A stretch of DNA of 64,000 bases from Octopus sinensis (taxonomy: Eukaryota). Shown here piece after piece: positions 51,001-62,200 of the stretch (position 1 is the stretch's first letter; the number at the start of each line of letters is the position of its first letter). Made by a program: the position numbers and the translations under genes. The notes beneath the pieces are model-generated. The model worked only from the letters and a program-made list of their open reading frames with translations, was not told where the DNA came from and made no database searches. The stretch is from positions 90,706,001 to 90,770,000 of the forward strand of contig NC_043004.1 of NCBI RefSeq assembly GCF_006345805.1, read 5' to 3'.

Positions 51001-54000
51001 AAATAGTCATGCTTACAGATACTGTTGAAGCAAGTAAGAAGAAATGTGAAAAATATTGGCCAGATTCCGGTGTTGAAAAGTATGGCGAGATAATTGTGGA
51101 AAATATTGATAATGCAATTTTCACAGATTATATTATTAGAACATTTAAACTTAACAGAGTAAGTAACCTAGTGTGTTAACTCCTCTTCTTCTTATCCATT
51201 ATGTTCTTGACTCATTGGCATTGTTTTCATGATAATTAAAAAAAAATCAAATCACTGATTTGATTCTGTAATAAATCAACAATTTGATAAATTGTGTAAT
51301 AAACCAACTAGAATTATTTAAAAGAAAATGTTTTCAATGATTATCCGAATCTATATGATACTTACTGTAAATTTTAACTTCACTATCTATCAGTCTTTGT
51401 GATTCCCCTAAAAATTATTTATTTGCCTGCTTGCACTTAATATGGCTCTCTTGTCAAACTATGGCACTAATCACCTTGAATTGATTTATTGTTAGAGTAG
51501 TAATGTGATTTGTTACAATGTTACCTCATTAAATTCATCAATGCTTCTGTCTGTCTGTTTTCCTCAGTACCCATCCACCCACCTGTCTATCTATCCACCA
51601 TTCTATCTATCTAATCATCCACCAGTTATCAGTTCATTCATTCATCCACTATCCATAATAAATTCTATTCTGTTTGCTCTAATTCCACAGAATGAAAATA
51701 CAAGGATTGTTAAACACTTTCACTTCATCACCTGGTCAGATCATGGAGCACCAATGCATCCAACCTCTTTATTAATATTCAAACGTAAAGTTAAACTTTA
51801 TAACCCAAATAGTTTGGATCCAATCTTGGTCCACTGTAGGTAAGTATCTTATTTACTTTGCTTACTCAATCCTCATTAAAAAAAAAAAAATTTAATCATC
51901 TTGTTTACTTTGCTTACTTAGTCCTCTTCCGAAAAAGGAAAAGGGTTAATATTTTTGATGGAGAAATCTATACCCTTTGTTGTGGTCATTGCTGTTTTTA
52001 CTGTTGATACTTAGGACTGCTCCAGCATTGGCCATGGCTTACTGGATGGAACCAGTAAGAGTGCTTAAGTGACTGAATTCACTGAGTACCATAAGGCCAA
52101 CCACAATATACAGAAATGCAGAGAGGGACACCCTTGATAGGTTAAGCTTTCTCCCAGTGGCCTTTCTTCTGACACCTTTTACAAGTGGAGTTTCTTGCCG
52201 GGCATTATTATTTTTTTTTTATGGATGTCTCCACCACACCAAAAGCATGCTGATTTAGCGGCTGCAAGATGGGGTGATTGATCGATACCAGCTGAACCTT
52301 GTGATAGGTTGCAAGTGTCTTCAATGGCCAACTCCATGGTTTGAGCAAGCTTGTTTCTAAGCTGTTGTCTGATGGCTCAAGAAGTCTTTGTCTGATTGAT
52401 GGTGATTGAAGCTCAGCCACAAAGGTATCACCTATTAGAATTTCTCAGTAATGGTCTGCTGTTAGGGCTTGAATTTTACACTTCTTGGCCAGCACCTGAA
52501 GGCTTGGCATAAATTTTTCTATAGACCTGTTTTTTTTTTTTTGTTTTTGAGTTCACAATTTGTGGTGCATCATTATGTTTGAACCTTTCTTTATGAACTT
52601 TGAGTCCAGGCATTCTATTGCTACTGCGAAGGTTTCAGATTCTTTGATGATAGGTAGGTCCTTGCTCTGCAGAGGACTAAGAGTACCTCCAGTTTAGATT
52701 CATCTAGAACTCTTGCTTTTGCAATGTAGATGTGTAGCATCTGTTCCAGTAAATATAATCTTCCTTGGTTGGGTCATCTAGAAGGGTCTCCTTGAACACT
52801 TTGGCATCCATTTAGAATCAAGTTTGAATAAAATTTGTCATAAACCAGTTCATAAAAGGCTTTTATTCAAACTTTATTTCTGCTTGCTGTCTAATCTGTT
52901 AATCACGGCTGTCCAACAATTAAGATGTGTTGTTTTATATTAGATAAAGACAGTATCCATCTATCAACGTCATTCGACACACTATGCTGCATTTTCATAC
53001 TCAATACAAAATAAGATATCTATATTTTTATCTAATATTTACTATTGTAGAAAGGAATTAATAATAGGTTATTATAATTCATAACAGTCATGTTTACATA
53101 AATCTCATAGGGCAGACGAACCAAACCCAGTGATATGCTCCTCTCACAATTACTCACTGTATTTCATTGCTAAGCTTCTGTTAAGAACTTTCTGCAAGGA
53201 CTCTGGTGAGATCTGTGACAGGCATCAAAGGTCACTGTACGGTTTACTGCTTCCACTGAAGAGCTGGGAAAAGTGTCGCTGAAAAGCTGCATACTTCTGT
53301 CTGAAATCGAACAGAATGCACCAGTTCTGATCTATTGAAGTCAGAATCTTGGCCAATGATAATAACAACAGCAAGAGAAATGAGATGATGGATTAAGTTT
53401 GCTATTTGCTAGGTATTTTTATAATTATTGTTATTGTTTTAGTGCTGGCTCCGGACGTACTGGTTGCTTTGTTGCCTTGGACTACTGTATGGAGCAAGCG
53501 AAGAGTGAAGGCATTGTAGATGTTCTCGGATGTGTTCAATTGATGAGGACAAACAGAGTTAATATGATTCAGAATATTGTAAGTATTTGTTATTGTTGCT
53601 AGCTCTTGCAAGATGTCTTTTATTTGAGGTCATATTTGTGGATTACATTTTGTCCCGTCTAAAAAAAAAAAAAAAAAAGGGATTAATATCTGTTTTATTG
53701 TGTGGCATTATTGCAGAATACATTGAGGCTTTTTGTTTACAGCTTTTTTGCTATCACATTTATACATGCACAGAAAAAATGACTTTTTGAATTCACATGT
53801 TCTGAAGAAAAGATTAAAAAATGAAAAATCCAGAAAACAAAATTATCATTAAACAAAATGCTAACAGTTTAAAAAATAATAAAAATTTTAGTATTCTCAA
53901 TAAGTGCTGTTAATGGCTCAGTTACTAATAATGACAATAATGATAAAAATATTGGTAGTGACATTCATGCATACAGCTGCAAGTGGAGGTGACTTGAATC

Positions 54001-56245
54001 TGGATCTAGAACATCTTTTGTAAACATTCTACTAAATAAAAGAAACATTTTGAAGAAAAAACTACAGCATGGAGGTATTTTGTTATTCAGTAGATTATTT
54101 CTCTATAACAACAAATTTCATGGAAAGGCAAAAAAAAAAAAGTCTAAAATAGCTGGACTTTGTAAAACTATGAAGGATTTCATTGTGTTCGCTAGGGAGT
54201 CACTGGAGATAATCTTCGATGACACAGTTAAAGAAATATCATTTATAGGAAGCAAAGGAAGCACAAGTTCAGATAGAAACACTCCTGACTATAAATTTCT
54301 CTTATAGTATATTGGATGGAGAAACACAGGAGTCACTAATCAAGATATTGGTGATAATGTCAACTCTTGGTTTCTGGTCACTTTCTTGATGGAGTATAAA
54401 ATGTGGTCAGTGCTCACTCTCAGTTATATGTGGTCGGGTGTGATCACAATTGACAAAGAGGCTCTCATGACTGCAGAATTACAAAACAATTCCAGATATG
54501 TGTTCTGTAAAGAGTGCAGCTATTACACATGTTGTAGTAAAAGTCATTTAATGCATGAATTAAAAAGAAGTATATCTTACAGTATGTGGATCAATGAAGA
54601 GTTGGGGGTTCACAGCTTGAAGCATGATGGAGAGGTAATATTGTAATATTTAGTTCTGGTTTTTTACATTCTAAGTTCCACTCCTGCCAAGGTCAAATTT
54701 GCTTTTCAACCCTCTTTAATCCTTCCTTTTAAATTTCATTAAGCGAGATTGTTTTCTCTATGCTCTTGAGAGATCAGCTAAAGGAGCCACTGTCTGATAT
54801 CTGGACTGGCATCTAATTCATTGACCAGGACATGGTTTATGGGCCTATCTATCTGAACTTCATGACCTAAAGTGAAACATAAGGCAAAAATTATACTTGA
54901 AATATCTGCGCATAGGCCCATACCATTGTACACATATCTGTGTAATACCAAGGTTACTGCCAGGGGTATTGGCAGCAGCATTGAACAACTTGCTTATCAT
55001 CTTTGTGGCACAATATGGTGGGGTAAATGCAGAGGTGATGAAGAGTGGCATGGAGCAAGTATGGACTTGTGAGTTCTTATGTCTTCTCAAGACTACAGAG
55101 CCATTGTGGATCTGTACCTTGTGATTGACACAAACACATAAGCAATGGAGCTAATTGCGCAAGGTAGAAAGCCCTGCTGTTATGCTTGTGGCAGTTAGAG
55201 TTACTTGAGGGCTTTCTGCTTCAAGAATGTAGAAAACCAGAGAGAGAGAGAGAGATGTTATATAAAAGCTTCTGTTATGAATGTTAGCCATATCCTAAAC
55301 GAATGAACTGTAAACTAAATGTTGAAACCAAGCCTGTATTATTAAAACTGTTTTAATTGTGTTAATCCATAGTATTTGTCATAGCTTTGTTTTAGCTTTT
55401 ATACTTCAGCTTTTAGCTCTATCAAACAAAACTTCCTACATCTTGATCATGCTGTGTAAATACCAACACACTTAATTCTATCTCTTTTTTCATTTTCTCT
55501 CTTTAGGACCAGTACATATTTGTGTATGATGCTTTGTTAGAAGCCACTATGGCTGGTGAAACTACCATTCCAAGATCAATGTTTAATGAGACGTACCAGA
55601 AATGGTGTCTTCCAAATAAAGATTCATTTTTGAGTAATATAGAGGATCAATTTAAAGTAAGCTCTTGTGAAAATTTGCTATTTTTGGTGTTTTGTTTGTT
55701 CTGTAAGTGATGAATGTCAAAAACACATTTTTATGTATTTAATGAAAGTTTCATTATCTACCCGCTCATCATACCTGTACTATTATAAGTTGAAGATAGA
55801 ATTCAAGCTTAAAATTTTCAAGCCTATATTTCTAAGCAATAAAATTAATTTTGCAACATGATTAATCTTGAAAGTTCATTGTCTTTGCATCTAGATTAAT
55901 TTCGGACCCAGATAACTTTGAAACAAAAATCATCATGAAACAAGATTTCCTTATGTCAAATCTCATGTTCCCATAACCATATTTCAAACTATGACTATGT
56001 TCCAATTTAAGAGACATATGCTTAGCTACTGAAACATATTATCATATTTCTAATTAGCACATACTGCTTATGTGTTTCAACTTAATTTCTAAAATAATCT
56101 GGAATTTGCAAAGATGAGTGGAAGTTAATATAAGTAGCTTTTCTTGTCTTTTGGCTATACGAATCTGGTGATTGAAATACAGCTTCATGTTTCTATATAA
56201 AACTAGTAGATTATTTACCTAGTGAAATCTCAACTTACCATTTCT

Positions 56246-56281
<36 letters not shown>

Positions 56282-59200
56282 TTCGTTTAGTGTCCGCTTT
56301 CCATGCTAGCATGGGTTGGACGGTTCAACTGGGGTCTGGGAACCAGAAGGCTGCACCAGGCCCAGTCTGATCTAGCAATGTTTCTATGGCTGAATGCCCT
56401 TCCTAACGCCAACCACTCCGTGTGTGTAGTGGATGCTTTTTACGTGCCACCGGCACGGGGGCCAGGCGAGGCCGGCAACGGCCACAATCGGATGGTGTTT
56501 TTTACGTGCCACCGGCACTGGTATCACAGCTGCAATTTCCATTGATGTTGATAGATTTCGATTTTTTTTTAACAATGCAAATATGATCTACATTGAGCAC
56601 TTTAATGTGAGAGGTCATGGATGGCTTGAGAACAAAGAACAGTCTCTCTAGTAAGTTGGAAATGAATACTGAAGATTTTCTCAGTTTTCACTGGTTCAGT
56701 CCTCAACAGTAAATAGGTACTATTGGTACATGTTTCAAGAAGAGGTTAGGAGTGAAGTGGGGATGGGGTTCTTAAATATTTAAATCCTTTCAAAATTCTG
56801 TCTCTTCTCTAATTTCAGGTATTATATCAACTGTGTCAACCAGTTCCTCGAGATGAATACCGTGCAGCTCTTGAAAGTGAAAATCTCTCTAAAAATAGGT
56901 TTAAGAATATATTGCCAGGTGAGATTCTGTTTACATTAGGCTGTGTTTAATATAAACTCAGTCAAGACTTCAAAGTGTTCAAGAAAGGAGAGTCAAAGGG
57001 AAACAGGGAGCTATGAAATTATTTCCTTTTGAAGAAAATGGTTTCAAATTTTGGCACAAGGCCTACAAGTTTAGGAGAGGAGGTAAATTGATTACATTGA
57101 CTCCAGTACTCAACTGGTACTTATTTTATTGACCCCAAAAGGACAAAAGGCAAAGTTGACCTCAGCGGAATTTGAACTCAGAATGTAAAGATGGACGAAA
57201 GGCCACTAAGCACTTTGTCTAGCATGCTAACGATTCTGCCATTTTGTCGCCTTCCTTTGAAGAAAATAATAATGTTTTTTTTATCTGTACAGAGAGTCAA
57301 GCTGGGCCAACAAGAACATCGCCACCAAAATTGGTAACTCAGCTTAACCTTTTTGATACCATCTCGCCTGAGACTTCACTTGGCCTTGTGATGTAAACTC
57401 CCTGTTTTAAAGTGATTTAAATCTTAAAATCTTGTATCAAAACATCATATTAATTTATGTTCTGAACATCAATGCTGACAAAATTATTTTACTAATTTCT
57501 TATTATTTTGAAATGAATCAAAGGCCAGTGCATTTCAATAGCAATTTGGTAACAAAAAAGGTTGACAGATCTGAAAACAAAATGATATACAATAATGAAC
57601 TGTTGACTTTCTTATAAAGGATTGTTATAAACACATTTGCTTCCTAACCTCGACAGTTAAGTAAGTTGAAGCACAAAGAAGAATTGTAGTTTCTTCATAA
57701 ATACAGAATTAAAATACTTGCAGGAGTACTGACTGCCTATGACTTTGTAGTCCAATGTCATAGTCATTTCACTGATTTGCTTCTGTTATTCCCAGGGCCA
57801 TCAATAGTGAGGGATTATTAATCTGTTCTAATCACTTTTAGACTGTTCTCCTGTAGTCATATCTCATTTTCTGAACTTATTGTGAGTACTAAATCCACTT
57901 GATGTAGTTGAGAGGTTGGAGTTAGTCAATACCTTTGAACTCAGCACTTAGCTGGTACTTTATTTAATTGACCTTGAAAGGATAAAAGGCAAAGTTGACC
58001 TTGGTGGGATTTGAACTCAGAATGTAGAGAGCTGGAACAAATATCACAAAGCATTTTATCTGATGCTCTAATAATTCTGCTAACTTGCTGTGCTTATAAT
58101 GCGCTTATAAGTTGACTTCAGCACGATTTGAACTCAGCTGAGATAAATGTCACAGGGCATTTTTACCTAAATAATCACCACTGTTTCTAATTTACGCACA
58201 AGTACAGTAATTTGGAGGAAAAGGAGTTAGCTAATAACATCGATCCCACTACTATATTGGTATATTATTTTATGACTTCAGTGGGCTCTGAACACAGAAC
58301 AGAGAGAACTAGGAAAAAATATCCGATGTATGACACCTAAATAATTTTGTCAATCTATGTCCTAAATGATGATAATACTGGTGATGAGAGGGTATTATGG
58401 AGCAGTCAGTAGAATGCTGGGAAAAACATATTATGTAGTTATTTCACTTTACGTTCTGTGTTCAAATCTCACCAGCGCTAATCAAGTATTTGGTTGATAT
58501 AACTAATAATATTCTCTCTCCAAATTGGTGGCTTTATACCTATTTTAAAAATCATTATTATTCAGAAATATTTGAATAATATTCAACCTTCATTATAAGT
58601 TCAAATCCTTTTGGGTTCTTTTTTATTCTCCAGGTTGGATAAAATAAGTATTTTGTGGGGTTAATTGCAGTTCTTCCTAAAGCCAGTGTCTTATTCCAAA
58701 TTATTATTGTTCATATATACTATTTTGTTGGAAATAGGATTGTAAGAAATGGTAGAGGGGCAAGTAAAAGGCTCTGTGATATTTAGATGTTTGTCTTTAC
58801 ATTTTGATTTCAAATCGTATTTATGTCAAATTAGCCTTCCATTTCTTCCAGACAAGATAAAATAACTGCATTACATGCAAAAGTTAATTGACTACATCTC
58901 ACCATCACAAAATATGTGGTTTTGGTAATTAGTACCATTATAATTATTGGTTTCAAATTTTGGCACAAGGCCAGCAATTTCAGGGGAGGGGTAAGTTGAT
59001 TACATTGACCCCAGTGTTCAACTGATACTTATTTTATTGACCCAAAAGGACAAAAGGAAAAGTTGTGATGATATTATTGTTTACTTTTTACTCTATATCG
59101 CTACAGAACTTCTATTTTTCACTAAAATACTTTGTGATTTGTATCAGAAAGTTAAACATTGTCATTTATACTTCAACAGCAAACCGATGTCGGCCATATC

Positions 59201-62200
59201 TTTACACAATGGCAGATGATTGCAATGACTATATTAATGCAGTTTTTCTACCTGTAAGTTACAACCTAAGCTTTGTTCTATCATTTTTTTGTTGGGTGTG
59301 TCATGACTAAGGTCTACTCATTTTGAATTAAACCTGTAATGTATAAAAGATGAATAGCATCAAGATTGTTTCATGATGATGTAAATATTCTGTATGAAGT
59401 AATGCAGTTAAAGATGTTTACACAAAATATATTGAACACTGATAAGTATTGCTTGTATCATAAAGGACCAAAAAGTATTCACTAAAATTTGTATATTTGA
59501 AAGTGTTCTTGTTTAACTTTCATGACAACCCTGATCTGGCAAACTTACTGTTAAAGATGTCCCAGCCATTTTGTCTTTCTTTTAGACAAAGTATATCTAG
59601 GATTACCATGGCGAATGTATCTTTTTTTTCTTTAAGGACAGTAGGTTGTGATTCGGGAGATATTTTGGCTGCTGTTTCTAGCAAGTTGAGTGAACCTCCC
59701 CCACCTTCATTGGCTTACTATATTTGAAAGTGTGACGAATGTAGGTGGGATCCACAAAACTATTAGTGAGCATTCTTCTAGAATGAGAATCATAGAGTGA
59801 ATTTGAAAGTTACACAACATATAATGAAATTATTATGTATAGCACTCAGGTACATTACAACTCATCAAAGGTACATGTACAGTTCATAGAATTATGTACA
59901 AAAGCCAGGAAAGAACAGTGTATGAGTCATGATATATATGTGTGTGCATGCATATAGAGGGGTTGATATCAGGTGTAGTGTTAGTGAATTTCAGGAAGCA
60001 TGGCAGTTTTAAAAGACACAATGTCTTGACAACTAACAATTGAGGCAGGTAGTTTGTTCCTTGCTTCAGCAACTCTGAGTGTGAAATAAAATGTTTCTGA
60101 AAGTCATGGGAGCTGTGCTGTTTTCTGACTTTGCAGGCATGCCCAGGTGTGTTAGACACATAGAGCTCAAAAAGGTGCTGAAGGTCGTTTTTGGCATAAT
60201 GGTTAATAATTTTGTGGGTGTTTACAAAGTCAGTTGCCTGACGTTGGAGCTTCAATGTATCTATGCTCAAGGAAGCAAGGCATTCAGAGTATGGTAGATG
60301 CCTGATGGAGGGTATTTGCTTGGTTGCACATCTCTGAACAGTTTCCAGGAGGCCACTGTCCTAAGCAAGATAGCGGTTCCAGACTGGTCCTACAAATTCC
60401 AAGTGTGGCTGCACCATAGCCATATACAGCCTTAGATAGATAGCTGGAGAGCAGATGACAAAGGTCTTGCTGAGTGATGCCAAGACACCCTTGGCCTTCT
60501 AGAAATGTGTGTTGTCCTGCGCAAATCGCTGCTGACAGTAATGCCCATCTCGTGCAGTCCTAGAACCATGACTACCTCCTTTTGGCTGAGAATAAAGGAC
60601 TCTAACCAGTTAAAAAGATTATCTTTCACACCCATTGGAGAGTCTTTTGTATGGCACAGAATTAAAAGCTTTTGCAAAGTCAAGGTAAACAATATCTACC
60701 CATGAGCTGCCATCAGTGACCCAGGTGATGTCTTCAAGAAAGTCAATAAGTTGATCACAGCAGCTGGAGTTAGGGATAAACCCAACTTGCAAGGGCCAGA
60801 TAAGGCTGTGAGAATTCCAGAAGTTCCAGAGTGTTTCTCTGACACAGGATTTCATCAGTTTGGTGATTCAGCTTGTAAGGCTGACTGTATGGTAGTTGAC
60901 AGGCAACTTGCGGTCACCCTTTTTGAACAGAAGAATGGCACTGGCAGTTTTCCACTGCTCTGGAGTAGCACTATTGATACATATGTGTATGCTTCATTGA
61001 AAATGAATATTCTTTAAAGAATATCTGAAACTGCACTGCCTCTAATCCGTCTCTCTTTTCCTACATGCCTTACTTACTGGTGTCAACAATCAGGGATCTC
61101 CATACTGAAAATTCATAAATTTTCTTGGGAAAGATATAGCAGTAATTTCCATCTACTTTCTACCAGTTTATTTACAGTTTACTCTGCTAGTCTCCTGCTT
61201 TTCCAAGCTTATGCTTGAAACACAGGGCTTATTTAAAACCCTTAGATTGGTGGACTGGTTCATGTAACAGAACATGTCTATACATCAGTGCCTGGGTGAC
61301 ACATGTCTTGAGGCCAGTAACCCACCCAGTCCAGTGCACCGTAATATGATTTTCTGCTTTGTTAATCTATAACTGCAAAATTTGAGAGGTACTACCACCG
61401 TAAGCCTGAGTGAACCTGCTGATTAAGGGTTAACTCCATACTCCTTAAAGCAGGAACCCATTCACCACCAGATGCAGTTTAATGTCTTGCCTGGGACAGT
61501 TTCCAGAGGCAATATTTTAATATCAATATTTACTATAAATGTACTTAAATAATCTTATAGACAGCCAAATGGAATTGATCACAAATGTGTTTATTGTATT
61601 GATAATCATCTTTTGTCTTCTTTAATCTTTGATAAGTTTACTTCATGAGAGTTAGGAATGTTGATTCAGTATATCTATGCATCGCCAACATCATCATTCA
61701 TTTTATGACCTGTTTTTTTATTTGCTTTCATGGGTTGGATGGTTCTCAAGGCATCTCCTCTTATGTTGTATCACCTAGTAACTGATATAATTAATAGGAT
61801 CGACTGTCACTCTGGCAATCAATGACAATCTAAAGTATACCATAAAACACCAGGACCAGAGAGAAATATCTGTAATGATTTCTTAGTAACCATCCAAAAT
61901 ATTGATGTTATAATTAATTATTAATTTAATATTTTCTACTATTTAGATGTATTCTAAATTCAACTTATTTTGCCAACCTAATTTGTCAATATTTATTTCA
62001 CTTCTTAATTCTATTTCAGAGTAGTCCCTTGTCCTTTTTTAACCATAATTCGTCATTTACATAATGATTTGTTTTCAACACTAACAGCGTAGTTTTAATA
62101 AATTAAAACATCATATAAGTTGGTATTTTGCTATCAATGTTTATTAATTCTCTCTATTTCGGTTTCTCCACATACAGGGTTACACCAGACAGATCGCATA

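Noticed and set aside
51034-51039. Internal gtaaga donor-like site in the 218-nt D1 exon
   Set aside because: Its use would delete the KCxxYWP motif and shift the frame; read-through to 51158 preserves the domain.
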